Source: Paramecium tetraurelia
Lineage: Eukaryota
Length of the DNA: 64,000 nt
Reading direction: 5' to 3'
Assembly: GCA_000165425.1 (NCBI GenBank)
Contig: CT867989.1
Location: 62,001-126,000, forward strand
The number at the start of each line of letters is the position of its first letter. Positions within the stretch are counted from its first letter, which is position 1. The notes beneath the pieces were generated by a model, which was not told where the DNA came from, made no database searches, and saw only the letters and a program-made list of their open reading frames with translations. Below are positions 50,774 to 64,000 of the stretch, one piece after another. The translations under genes and the position numbers were made by a program.

Positions 50774-53407
50774 TCAATCAAATTTAAACTAATAATAATT
50801 ATTGTTTGAGTTCTGATATAAGAGCATCTATTTCAAATTCATGTTGATTAATTTCGAAAATAGCCATAGATATTGAAGTTTAAAATTTTTACAGTAACTT
50901 AAAATTGGAATTCAAAGCTTAGATTTGTGTTCTTATTCGTTTTTCTTACTAAATACTTTCTAATTTCTATTTTTGTTTTTTGCGTTCTTCTAATTTTTCA
51001 GACTTGATTTCTTCATAAATTAATGAATGACATTTTCCATAAAATAGATCAATCTTATTTTTGTCAACTTTTTCCTTCTTTTAAAATTTGGCAATGTTTC
51101 TAATAATATGAACCAACTTCTTTCTCATAATTCTATCGATGGATTCTTATTTACTCTTCAATATGAAAGACTTAATCATTTCTTCATCGTCGCAAACTTT
51201 AACAAAATTGCTCAAGAGTTTTTAGCCAAACTTTTTTGATTTTTATTTGCTCCAAGCACTATTAACAACTCTATTGTTTATTAAGCTTTGAATAATTCGA
51301 TAATCAGGATCATCCACAGAAATATTTTAAATTTTTTTAGATTTCTAGACATAATACTTAACTTTAGAAATAGCCTAATAATTAATTATAAAAAGTTACT
51401 TTTACAAACCTTTCTCTAATAATTTCAAATCTAGCTTATTTTTAGCCTACAATTTATAACATTAGATCTTGTTAAACACTTTAGTATGGACGATTATCAA
51501 ACTTTTATTTCAAATTATCCAATTGTTAAGCAATCGTATTTTTTCGGTTTAAATACTAATTCTCATTAATAGCATGTCCTCGTCTAATTTTGTTGAGTTT
51601 TTCTATTAAAATTAATAATATTTTTACAGCGCTTCAATTTGGCTTATTGAAATAGTATTATTTTTCTTCTCTTGTACATTTATTGCAATTCAAAAAATTA
51701 AGGTGATTCATTTTATAGTTATTCAGAAAAGAAATGAGCAGAACACATCAAAACAATGCTCTCCTGCAATGCCAAAGCACTCCAGCATCTTGGTGTATAT
51801 TCAATTGATTCAATCTCACCAAAGCATGTTCCTTCCATTACGCTTATGATAGATTCTCCATGTGCATCACATAATCTCACATCTCCTTTGATAAGAAAAT
51901 AGAAATCATTGGCACTTTATCCTATATGATATATAGTTTCAAATTGTTAATAGCAGGCTAAGGAACAATTGGGTAATATAGCTGCAGAGAAGTTAATGTC
52001 ATTAGACATAAAAGGAATGGTTCTAAATATTTCTTTGTGGACAGCTGCCATCATATACAAAATTAATGGGTGTGGCAATTCAGAAAGTATCCTCTTAGCA
52101 TCGTCAGCCCAGAAGGGATTGTACTGAATATTATATTTTGTAAATCTAAACAGGTCATCTTGCATCCATTCAGGCATGTTTACACTTATGTCTTCCAAAT
52201 TAAATAGTTAATCGTCAAATTCTTAGTTGGGATTGGATTAAATCAAAATGAATGTGATGTTTCCGATAGTGAATGAATAATATCCAACTCCTATTAGCAT
52301 CCAAATGTTTACAAGTAAGTATTCATCAGAATTATGGGCCTCGATATCCCCATAGCCTATTACTGTTATAGTTTGATACGCCCAAAAGAAGGCTTAGACC
52401 AATTGAGTGAATTGATCCTTCTCATTAAAGTTATAATAAGATAACCAGTTTGTATTCTCGTTGAATCTGCAAATCCACAACCACAAACAAGCAAATAAGT
52501 GATTGAGTACTATCATTTCCATAAATATCTTCATCAACTTCTTGAGTCTCAAATCCAGATTATATTCACTTCTGATTACTAATTCATCTTTAATTGCTCT
52601 CTACTGTTTCAAAAGATCAAGGGATTAATTGTATGCGACTCTTCTTTCAAATAGGAAAAATCGAAATAATCTAATTAGTTTTAATATTTTGAGTCCAGTT
52701 AAATTAAAATCAGGGAGTACTGAGATTAGGTCAAACATAAACCAACCACTTAAATAATGTTAAGCAATATCCTTAAAGTTGTAAATCAAATCAAGTTATT
52801 TATTGACGTGACAAATAAAAAAATTCATGATTAGATCCAACCAAAATATTATTTGTATTGCCAATGTTAGTTGACTGCCTACTCCCTCTATTATATTTTA
52901 TATAATGTACTTCAAAGTCGAATGCAACTTGCAAGGGAAATAAAATTGCTGCAAAATCAGTGCATAAATTTATAATTAATCCCCATATAATATAAGGGAT
53001 ATCATCTGGAAATAGAGGTAATAGGCTTCTTCTTTTGTAGGCATAGCGTAAATTTTGAGTCCTCAACTGTTCAGCATAATTCCTTAGTTCTTCTATGAAG
53101 TGTTAGGCATTAATGATCTTCCTGATTAGCTTTTAAAATTATAGCTTCCTGTCTTGCCGCTGAGAATTAGTGGGGGAGATAGTAGCTGTTGTGGATAATT
53201 GTATGCTTACATATAAAACTGATTATCTTACAAATTTTTTACTGTTTTAGCTCTGTATTTTCTTATGTTATTATTTATGGGTTGTAGAAATCCACTATGA
53301 GTTTGTATCAGGCCAACTTAAGATCCCATTTCTGTAAATTGCCTCTGACTACTCCAGGTATGTAATGTCTCATTATCCTCCTTGTGTTTAAAGGGATGAA
53401 TTTTCAT
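50774..53407 (-). CDS. Cyclic-nucleotide-binding-domain cation channel (KCNH/HCN-like), copy 1
   Basis: S4-like LKILKLIRLFR; pore FFWAYQTITVIGYGD; C-linker; CNBD FYFLIKGDV...EGTCFGEIE. Confidence 0.88.
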
Positions 53408-53583
53408 TAATTTATGTTCTTGGAAAAATACTTTTTAATATTTAACTGCGTACTAATTAAAAATACTTAATTTCTAAGATTACAGATCACTTAATGAGGT
53501 GAAATGGAAAAGTCGAGGATGATATGACCATTTTTACACTTAGTTAAAATCAAATTAATTTAGTTGGGGAATTATAAAATATT

Positions 53584-56544
53584 TCAATCAGTTAAAGGGG
53601 TATATTGACTTGGCTTTATTTTCGATTTTCTAATAATGCTTTGTATGTGTTCAGATCTAATTGTTCTTCTGGGTTTTTGAAGTTTTTGGAGGATTTTATC
53701 TAAATTGAAGTGAGTAAAATAGTAGGTTGTAATAAAATATCTATCTAATTCAAAATCCACTCTCTAAATTTAATTAGGAGAATCGCTTGGTCTTAAGGAA
53801 ATAACTTCGTCCAACTAGTTAACCATGTTACTACCAGTGACCTCAGATTTAGATAGAGATTTTGCAGGCATTTCAAGATCCATGTTTGAATACGAACTTG
53901 AATTATTTTTCCTTAGTTTTTAGACACTTTATTAAGTTTATTGAGTTTATTACACTTATTATTACTACTATTACGGGACTTGATCTTATGAGATACAAGT
54001 AATGTTGGTAAATCTATTATTAGATATTTGAGTCAATCTCTAAAGAGTTTTATGTCTATTATCTGCTTTCCTTCTGAATGAGTTTTAAGCTCTGAGAACC
54101 TTAGGTTCTGGTTCAGGAGTTGGATGAAATTTAACCTTCTTCTGTTCCATACTTTGCAGATGAGAGTATTTCGATGATTTAGGAGTTTTAGTTTTATTAA
54201 ATTAGGAACTGGATTCATTACTACTGGAGGAATCACTGCTGAATTGTTCGAATCCTGTAAATCCTCTTAACATGGATTTATTAGACTTTTGACTTTTCAA
54301 TGTTTTGATTATTCTTCCATTTTGATCATCCTCCATGTTGAAACCCAGCATATCTAGATATTAATCTGTTAAATCATCTATTGAAATGATGTTATCATTA
54401 ACAATAATGGCCAAAGCGTGTTCTCTTATGATGTTCCTCTGAAACATTCTCTTCATCTCCACTCTATTATGGGAGGCCCTTATCATATCTTCTGACATCA
54501 TAAACTTCTTTCTGATTCTATCTTAGTTAAAATGCACGAAAACTAAAGGACAACTAATTGAATTCAGAAGTATACTTCTTAAATTGATGTGTCCATTTGC
54601 AAATGCAACAAACCTCTCCATAATTTTACTTCTCCTCTGTAAACAACATTTGATCTCGAAGCATGCAGTAATTCTCTTCTTCTAAAGCATCTTCACGAAC
54701 AACCCTAAGAAAATCCTCATAACTATATTTAGAATGAAATTAAACTTGATAAATGCAATCTAACAGAATTTGGTAGATCTAATAGAGTAATCATAACGTG
54801 CCTAAGTAATAAATTCTTTTTCACCCACAAATTTGCCTTCCTCAATAGTGGCAACAATAGTTTCTCTCAACTTCTAATCACCTTAAAATTACTCAAAATA
54901 AGAAATTACAAATCAAACTCAATTATCCACTTTAGATAAATATAAGTTTATTAGCTTAATCATTTTGTGTTGCTATAATCTCTTCAGGGGCTACCTTAAG
55001 TTCATGTACATATGAACACAATTTTTGAACACTTTTCAATGATAAGGTCTACTTGATTAATCTGGATTTCTTCAACATTTCACAATACATATCTATTGCA
55101 ACCTACTCTTTTAACTTCTTATCTAGATTGACCATCATTTTTTCGCCCAATTCATTGTAATCTTGTTCCATCCTTAAAAAGTATTCGAAGTATTTCCTAA
55201 CCTACAACATTAATTATTTGTTAATATTTTTCTTCTTAAGGAAGTTGTTTATGTGCATCATTTACTACTTGAATTACTGTTCTTTCTCAGTCAGTTATCT
55301 TAAAATATTTCCAATACTCGATATTGTGTATCCGAATAGACCACATATCACCATAGCCATTAAAATCACATAGATTCTCTCTAAATCGGTCTGAGGTACT
55401 ATATCACCATAACCAATAGTTAAAGTAGTAATTGTACTGAAATAGAAAGCGTGTATGTATTTTGTGAGCCAACTTGCATCAGTGATATTCTTGGCTATCA
55501 ACCATGAATTCTTCCCATTCTCCAATTGGTTTTCTCCTATCAAATTCCATAAGCATGCACAAAAATGAGACACAAAAAGTACCAAAAACATAGATTTGAA
55601 GAGTTCCAATATGGTTTGCACATTGATTGATGGGTTTGTGACTTCCTCAATTGCTTCAATCATCGATTTCACCTTCGTCACTCTCAATAACAAAATGTAT
55701 TCTGTGTAAGGCACTGAATAAGATGACAAAATAAATGGAATTACAATCATCAAGTCCCACCATAATTGAAGACTTGCATAATGTTTTAGAATTTCCTACT
55801 TATCTCTATGAATTTAACCTTGGCTATAAAAAGCAGTAAAGAATGTCAGTATTATATCGATCACAAAGGTCCAAGAGGGCAAGGTCTCTAAAAATATACT
55901 ACTCAGAAAGTCTTCTCTTTCAAAACCAAATCCCAACTTCATCGGAATGTAGAATATGTTGATGATAATTTGGGTTAATACAAAAATGTCCCAAATTATT
56001 TTAATATTTGAGTCGGGATCCAAAACAGGCAACTAATTCAAAATCCATTTCAAATTCTGCATTACTTATTCGACTTTATTCAATTTATGCAATAAATTAT
56101 CTGCGTCGCTTGCTTAATCCTGAATCAAATCCACTATCTCATTTGTTAATGATTTGAACTTGACCTCCATCGAATGAGTTTTCATTTACTTTACAAATTT
56201 AGTGATATAAAACATTATTCTCAGCCCTCCATGGACCCACAAATTAGTTTTTTCCTTGATCTCTATTTGGAGCATGCTCTTACTATCCTCCTCCATATCA
56301 GGGTCGGGATCAGGACTCAAGATATCTCCTTTAAAAGCATTTTAGACAGGTTATTGTATTTCAATCTTTCTATTTGAACATACATTTGGCTCGAATGATG
56401 CATCCTCGCTATTGTTATCACAATGAGGCATGGTGAACCCTTAACGATACTTCAAAATTCCTTTGAATGTTTGACTCTTAATTACTAAATAGCTTACCTT
56501 CTTTATTTCTAAGTTCCCAAATCAGATTCAAAGAGTAATGACAT
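53584..56544 (-). CDS. Cyclic-nucleotide-binding-domain K+ channel, copy 2
   Basis: PVLDPDSNIKIIWD; SHFCACLW; FYFSTITTLTIGYGDIVP; CNBD (EGKFVGEKEF); post-CNBD CxxC-x3-H-x4-C. Confidence 0.9.
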
Positions 56545-57215
56545 TATTTTAATTTTACTTTAATTATATTGTTTTTCATATTTGTATGAATACTAATATT
56601 AGTTGGTAATAATAATGCTATTCATCTATTCAGCACTTAACAAAGAACGTATCCTCATATAATTTATTACAATTACAAGATTATCAATTAAAGATTTTAT
56701 ATATAAACTCTAAGATATTGAGCAACTACTTAATTAAAATTGTATGAGCTTCTGAAATGAGAGTACAAAAGGAGGAGTTGGAAAAAGAACATTTAAAAAC
56801 ACTGTTAATATTAAAACTATAGAATCAGTAGTTTAGATAAATAATTAAGGTTATTGTGTATCTGATGCATCTTTAATATATTTACTGTCTCAAAATTATT
56901 GATTTATAGATAATTCTTAATTTACCATATAAATAAACATCTTTTAAGCAATTTGAAATCTAATTAATGAAAAATTTAATCATTTTTAATTACTAATAGA
57001 CTCTAGCCATCATTTTTACCCTTAAATTTGCTATTGCATTGCTTTGCAACTGAGTATATAATAATTAATTATCAGATTCTATATTTTTAACTATTTAGAG
57101 ATTGAAATAGGAAAACGAACATAGGTGAGTTGGATGACAGAAATGTTAAATCGCTAAATATTGAAGAGTGATTTAGTTTTATGTATTTAATCATTCAAAT
57201 TCAATATTTAATTAA

Positions 57216-57996
57216 ATGGATAATTATTTCACAATCATAAGTTTACTTGGACTTAGAAATTAGAATCTACCTCCATTTAGGTGAGTATTAATTGTAAATA
57301 CAATAGAGAAGCTCGTTTGAAGAGATACAGATCGATCAAGAAGATGGTTGAATTGATTGAGACAGCTGGATGGACTTAGCCAAAAGTGCCATTCAATGCC
57401 TTTTGCTTGAGTTCTCAAGATCGTAAGAATACTCATTTGAATATGTATTTTAGCCGAGTGGGAAGATGATATGACCTATCCCGTTATAGAGTATAATAAG
57501 TTTGGGTATTAGGCTATGGCTTTTGGAATGAATTTGGTAAATAATATTTTCAAGATGTATTATATAGTTCCTGTATGCATACAATTATAATGTGATAACA
57601 CAAAACATCAGATTCAGAACTTTTAGATACTTATTCCCTGTTGTTTAGTGTTTTATATTTGGCAGAATATATTTCGAATACAAATCTGAATTAACAAAAG
57701 TCAATTTGTTCGATGAGTATGTTCAATTAAGAGCATAGGAGTTGGTGAAGGAGAACGAGTTTCTTTTGGAACACGAAGGTTAGTATGCATTCATGATTTG
57801 AATAGACATCAAGAGATTCGTGTGGTGGTATGAGGATTACAAGGAGACATTATGCAGAGTCCATAGACAAGCTAATGATCACGCAGCCACTGACTTCAAA
57901 GACTCTGAATTGATATTGCAAGACTTTATCCGCAGATACACAAATCCCAATTCAGCAAGACCACTCAATATTTAAGAGAAAGGAGTTTTATTCTGA
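57216..57996 (+). CDS. Ciliate-specific mitochondrial ATP synthase subunit (resembles Tetrahymena ATPTT7)
   Basis: MDNYFTIISLLGLRNQNLPPFREARL...DPEWEDDMTYP...NLFLYAYNYN...VNLFDEYVQLRAQELVK...VHRQAN...DFIRRYTNP; four small introns. Family assignment is from memory of the Tetrahymena sequence, not a search. Confidence 0.65.
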
Positions 57997-58113
57997 AATT
58001 ATTATTCCAAAATAAATAAATATTTTACACACAATAACATCGTATATGTTGGCAATTTAGATTTTCGTTTTGATAGTCTCAACACTCTTTGGGTTATTAT
58101 TTTAATCGCAAAT

Positions 58114-59104
58114 ATGCCCTAACATAATATACGATTGCGTTAAATTGTTTATATTTAGCACCCTTTTGATAGAACACTATTGGATACTCATAGGTTTATT
58201 TCTATTTATTTGGTTAAGAGAATTAATAAAAAAGTTTGATCCTGAAAAAAAATTAGAACTACCTAATATGTAATAGCCATTATAATAAAACACCATGCAG
58301 AGTTCAAAAGCAAAGTTATCATCTTTATCCGTAGAAGTTATAGAATCTGCAGTTGAGGCAGTCCAGATCTACGATCATTTCACTGGGGAAAGCTAGTATG
58401 CTATCATATAGAAGGCTGATAAGAGTTAATTGGCATAGTTAGGAATTACTTTGAAGAATACAGTATTATTGGAAAAGGGCAGGGTGCTGGATTCAAACTA
58501 GACTTCCAAATTACTGTCTTAAATAGATAACCAGAAAAAAGGGAGTGATGCTCAATAAATCTCAATTAAATACGAAGATAATAGTGAATATTTAAGAAAT
58601 TAAAACAGAGTTCAGAAATCAATTCCATTTAAAATTGGTGACTTTGACCAATAAATGGGGGAAATCATTTAAGTTGAGATCTTGTCTAATGAATAATTGG
58701 ATAATTAATAACAGGGGTATTAGCCCTAAGAGCAAAATCATGTTTAGTAACAAATCGTTTTTGAGTATATTCTCTTAGTAATTTTATATGGTATTAATAA
58801 ATATTATATATTAGCTGGTGGAATATCTTAAGTGAAAAACATCTACCTATAATTATTTGATTCATTATTATTTGGAGTAGTAATACATAGTGGAGTTAAA
58901 AGATAGCAACTTTTTACTTTAACTCATCTGTTTATTAATCTAAGCATCATATTGGGATGCTGCCTGATATATACTTTAGGGATTTACTTAAGGTTTCAAA
59001 TTTTCATAATTGGGGGACTGGTTTTATCATTTTAGAAAGTGAATCCCAATTTGTAAATGGTAATAATTCCATTGACTACTTTGCTGAATATATTTATAAT
59101 CTGA
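58114..59104 (+). CDS. Hypothetical protein with C-terminal transmembrane helices
   Basis: MPQHNIRLRQIVYIQHPFDRTLLDTHR...; open under code 6 with two small introns; hydrophobic C-terminal third. Confidence 0.6.
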
Positions 59105-59239
59105 TATAAATAATTCACCAAATATTAAATAATGTTGACATGGTTGTGATTAATTCTTAAATTTAGTTTTAGATTGAAGACATTATTAAATTTAATCTTG
59201 AACTAAATATATATATATAGGAAAATGTTATCAAATTAA

Positions 59240-59884
59240 ATCTAGACCGTCTGAAGTACTACTGTTAAAAATATATTATGAAAATACCCATTCGCATTCG
59301 ACTACTCTTTGTCAATCTTAGAGATGAGCTATTTAATCCTTTCTTCGTTTTCCTATTTATAATTCAATCTTACTTTTTAACCCCTCAATAAATCTTAACG
59401 ATTTTTTTAAGTTTCTTATAATAAAAACATATTAACTGTATGCATTTCATCCTGTTGTATTTTCATTTATTCAATTTCTTGCTCTAAGTATTAAATCGTC
59501 TATTGCAAACTTTAACTAGTTTAGGTGTGCATTCGAATAGGCGATTGAAGGCCTTAGTTACACAATTTGAGACTTGGATATTCAGCCGAATGAGTTGCTT
59601 TTTGATAAGGAGTATGTTTTACAACTACACTCCGAGATTTGACTGAGATTCAGATCGGCTTTTTCTTTGGATTGTTGTTTTCCAAAGTTGAATAAGTTAT
59701 TATACATTCCTTGGGTGTTTACATCAAGTTTTTCTACAATTTGTTAAGTTTAAGTAGCCATTTATTGTATTTTCTGTATAATCAATTTGGTTTCATTATA
59801 TTCGAAATCATCATCTTTAACTAAAAACTCATGATTAATTTAGAAATAATTTCCACTCGATTTGGTTCTTCGATGCTTAGACAT
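59240..59884 (-). CDS. Hypothetical coiled-coil protein (frame continuity and 3' end uncertain)
   Basis: MSKHRRTKSSGNYFQINHEF...; a later segment IQYLEQEIEQMKIQQDEM lies in a different frame. Confidence 0.35.
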
Positions 59885-60001
59885 ATAATAAAAAATTAAA
59901 TAATTAAATTTTAATCACTTTGCCAATACTTTTTGATTCTCAAGATTACGATAAATATACATTAATATACTTGTTTTATATGTTGTACAGATAAAATACT
60001 C

Positions 60002-60418
60002 TCACAATCCTTTAATTTTATCTTCAATGAATTGCTTTTCAGCCTCGCTGACTTCAATTGCGAAATCTTTAACTGCCACAGATGAACACTTTCTTGACTT
60101 GATTTTCTTTGTCTTTGTCAAAAACTTTGAAATTCCGATCCATTCTCCCAACAAAGCACCCTTCTCGACTCTCCAAACTGGAATTTGGAATTGCTTAGCC
60201 AAAGCAACAACTAATTTTTTGTATGTCTCCTCTGAACAATCATCAGCCAACACAATAAACTTAGCCTATTCCAATATATATCAATAATCAACTTATTTGC
60301 TTTCAATTGCTTTGCAGACTTCATGTACACCCTTTGATAATTATCCTCTATGTAAAGAAGTTTAGACAACTCTTTTTAAGGTAGTGAGCTCTTCTGATAA
60401 TTATTCAACCTCTGCCAT
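60002..60418 (-). CDS. RPS12: 40S ribosomal protein eS12
   Basis: LSKGVHEVCKAIE..AKFIVLADDCSEETYKKLVVALA...LGEWIG...CSSVAVKDF; one intron. Confidence 0.93.
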
Positions 60419-60526
60419 AATGAAAAATATTTTAAATCTTTATTTTAAATTAAAAAACAAAAAGAAATATAAGTGAAATAATCCTACACAAAAATTATAA
60501 TAAAGCTTTCATTGTTTTGAAAAATC

Positions 60527-61930
60527 TCATTGTAAAATGATCTAACAATTCTCCTATTTCTACTCAAAAGAACTTGAATCATGTTTCACCAATAAAAACT
60601 TCAAATCATCAGAATGTTTAATTTTTACAGTCTTTACTATTTTTGGTTCCTCCACATAATTCACCTTCAATCTAATTTTCAGTAATCTCCTCTACTCCTC
60701 CTTCTTCTATAGCATTTTCAACATCACCTCCTTTTTTGCTTACTCCTACCTCATCTTCTGGATTTCCTTCCTCTGTTACTCCATTGAGGCTTCAATGTTG
60801 TTCAATTGTCTCTGATAATGAGAGTAAAAATGTTCATAATCAGCTCTGACTCCATCAAAAACTGAAGCTCTGTTTCTATCGACCAACATCAATTTGACTT
60901 TCTTTTTATTTTTTTTGGTTCTATCTTAAATGAGGAGAGTTCTGTTAAAAGTAGAATAAACTAACTATTGATTAGATTAATAGACTCCAATTTTAGAATA
61001 GTTGTCGAGATTCCAATCTGAAAGTACAGTTGGTTGTTTGGGCCAGAGCACTTGCTTGTCCTTGATTGTTGAATATTGATCGTCCATAAATTCAATCAGT
61101 GTTTAGGAGATTAAGGGAGGAGTGAATTAATAGGCACACTCTGGATCCTGACATGAATCAAAAATCTTAGATCTATGATCCTTATTTTCTTAAGGTTCTT
61201 CTTCTTTGAGGGCTAGTCTTAGGTCTTTGAGTGTGTTGAATATTTCTTAGCAATTGTTAAACGTATTTGTAAATTCTTGCTCATCTTATTTAATTAGTTT
61301 TAATTTTAATAGTTCACGCTACTTAATTTAAGAAATAAGCTGGAGAGCAATCAGATTCTCATTGTAGATGATCTGTCTACCAACGTCAAATTCAGGAAGT
61401 TAGATATTGAGTCGTTTTAACCTTTTTTGTTTGTAGGATCTACGAGGACGAAATGCCATATTCATTCTGTAACTAGTGATGAATATAAAAATGATTTTTT
61501 TACTCATTCTCCTGAGCCCTCATGAACACTCGTAACAGAGGCCGTTGAAGACGATCAACCTTAGCATTATAATATTCTGGAGGGTAATTAATGGAATTCA
61601 GCAATTCATATTGGCAAACATAGTTCCGAGTGTTAGATAGGTTATTCCTGATGTCTAGTTATTGGATGGTGAGTGGATCTACTCCAGCTGCTTAATCTTC
61701 TTCGTCACAAGAATATTCGTTTTCGTCTGGATATGTAATATTTGTATGAATATAAGTAGGAGGAATTTTAAGGGTTAGTTGAGGTAAGCCTTCCACAGTC
61801 GTGAATTTAGGTATTTCTATCTGCTTGCACTCTCTTTCCTAACAAAAATTCTGAGATTTCTTACCTTCTGACTTTCTGCTTCCCAAACTTCACATTTCTA
61901 AAGTGGCACATTTGGATCGACCTGCCTCAT
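60527..61930 (-). CDS. EPL1: Enhancer-of-polycomb-like protein (NuA4 subunit)
   Basis: RQVDPNVPL, IEIP, IPPTYI, EYSCDEED, YYNAKVDRLQRPLL, AFRPRR occur in the order of the EPL1 N-terminal blocks. Confidence 0.65.
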
Positions 61931-62766
61931 TAAAATAAAGATTTAATATATGCAAATATTTTAACCAAAACTTTTTAAAATCAATTCACCTATCAACAAA
62001 TGCTCAAAACTCCACTCAAAAACACAATATATTTAAAGGAATTCACAACTTCATTTGATAAATTTTTTTATTTTATTTATTTTATTAATTATCCAATCAT
62101 CATTATTTTTTTCAAAACTATCATCATCATCCATGCTCCCTATCTCATTCGCCATCCCTAAATCCACCAATCTAATTTAACTTACGTTCTCCCCATCTCA
62201 CGATTCCCTACTTCCTATTCTCAAAAGTTCTCACAATCATATCTAAGATTTTGATCGTTTGTCCTCTCAACTACCTTATCAAAAATAGCGAACCAAAGAA
62301 ATATCATTAATATTATCTCAATAACAATATCCTCACTCAAACAACCACAAGAAAATGAAAATAAACCCATTATAATACAATATTATTTCTTTTTATATAA
62401 TTTCTCATATTTTTATATTTCATAATTAACAATTATAATCACAACTTCATTTCACTGTTTTTCTATCTCCCCCCAATCTCCACAATTATTCCTAACAAAC
62501 AACTCAAAAACTCATAGTTAGACATAATATTTAACTTTTCGCAATATATCATTTAATCAGTATAATGTCTAATCTAATTTATCTATTGGTATCTTAATAA
62601 TTTTAGATTATTGCAAAAAGGTTTTTATTTATCCTTTCCTCTCCAAAAGGACTTCTTAGTATGTTAGACAAGGTGTATATGAAAATAATTGCAAGGGTGT
62701 TGTATAATTATAAGAGTTTTGATTTAGGGTATTAACCTGAGAATTAGGATTTTATTTGATAAATTA

Positions 62767-64000
62767 ATGTCCCAATAGAGAAGAAGAGAATAGTTAGAAA
62801 AAATATCCCATTTTTAGAAGGAAGAACAGGATCGGAATAGGAGAGAAGAGTTGGAAAAGGAATTTTTGAAATGCTAAAAGAGAGGTTAAATGCACACAAA
62901 TTCAATGATGAATTGGATAAACAAACATCAAAATAAAGCAGATCCGAAGGCCAAGGAAATGTATCGCTATCTACCTGAAGAAAGAGTATATTAATTTAAA
63001 TGAACCATCAGCGTAAACACATTGAGTTAACCCTGTTGTTTGAGAAGTTTGACAATGATGGTTCCAAAGCACTAGACTTCATTGAAGTATTCAGGATGTT
63101 CACTAAGTAATTGTGAATGATCAATCTAGATATGGGATATTCATAACGAAAAAGGAGTTGCTTGACTTTTTTAAGGTGGTTGATCAAAATAAGGATTTCT
63201 CCTTAAATCTCTAAGAATTCAAGGCATGTTATTTGGACTCGGCAGCAAGAGACATTTTTGCCAAGATTATGAAACAATTAATAGAGAGAACCTAATTGAC
63301 CGAAGAGGAAATCAATGCAGCCTTAAATCAAATGAATGAATTGAACAATCAGAATAGCAACAACCAAAATTAGAATCCCATTCCTGCCCTTCCCAAGTCC
63401 TTTCAGGGAGTGATCAGTCTACTCACTTATTTGAACACCAGAGATGAGATTAAAGATAAGTTGACCTCAAAATCAGTAAACATATATGAACAAATCAACA
63501 ATCTAAAATAACTGATTGAATTGAGTAATAAAATTGATGTTGTTTAGAAGGTGGAGATTGAGAAAAAGATTAAGATCAAGAAATCTTCCGAGGATAGATT
63601 AAATAAATTTAAGAATTAGTTAAAGTAAATTAAAGATAGAGCTATTCAGACTGGATAAATGATGGCTGAAGAGGAATTGAGACAAAAAAACTCTGCATTC
63701 TTGATAACTGTTTTACCATAACGCAAATATAAATACAATTACAAAAGCGAAAATAAATTCAAAAGAATTATACCAAATAAATAAGAGGAGTTACACTTAC
63801 CTCGCTACTCAGATTAAAAGGTAAATCAGTTTTATGAATATATGAATATTAATATACCCGATTAGTTGAAGAATATTAATAATAGAATATGGACAAAACT
63901 ATTTGAAAATAATCAACAACTAGATATAATACTTTAGAAGAACAGAAAAAATCAATTAGAATCTCAAAGAACTGATAGATTAAAGCAGAAGATCAAATAA
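62767..64000 (+). CDS. EF-hand calcium-binding protein (partial, runs off window; start uncertain)
   Basis: FEKFDNDGSKALDFIE and FKVVDQNKDFSLNLQEF EF-hand loops followed by Q/K-rich coiled coil. Confidence 0.8.

Noticed and set aside
61960..62520. Possible small gene in the C-rich tract between the EPL1-like and EF-hand genes
   Set aside because: Several frames are partly open on both strands but none gives a convincing protein.

Overview
AT-rich, gene-dense eukaryotic DNA that reads as ciliate macronuclear sequence, most likely Paramecium. TAA/TAG encode Gln, TGA is the only stop, introns are tiny (about 20-34 nt, GT..AG) and intergenic spacers are short. The supplied ORF track uses the standard code, so it fragments the genes; I re-translated them by hand with code 6. 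About 35 genes are supported, including BiP, histone H2B, a decayed glycogen/starch synthase, a cyclin, adenylosuccinate lyase, cytochrome b5 reductase, two kinases, U2SURP, RRP45, mitochondrial GPD2, a cation/Ca exchanger, a MORN protein, a trichocyst matrix protein, two CNBD channels, RPS12 and an EPL1-like gene. Main highlights: (1) a selenoprotein T gene absent from the ORF track, with an in-frame TGA in CxxU and a well-formed SECIS hairpin. (2) A membrane-tethered ATF6-like bZIP factor, with CACGT-type motifs upstream of both BiP and itself and a three-unit heat-shock element at BiP, suggesting an ATF6-type ER-stress circuit. (3) An intronless gene with a T5orf172/GIY-YIG-like domain. All family calls come from motif recognition, not database searches.
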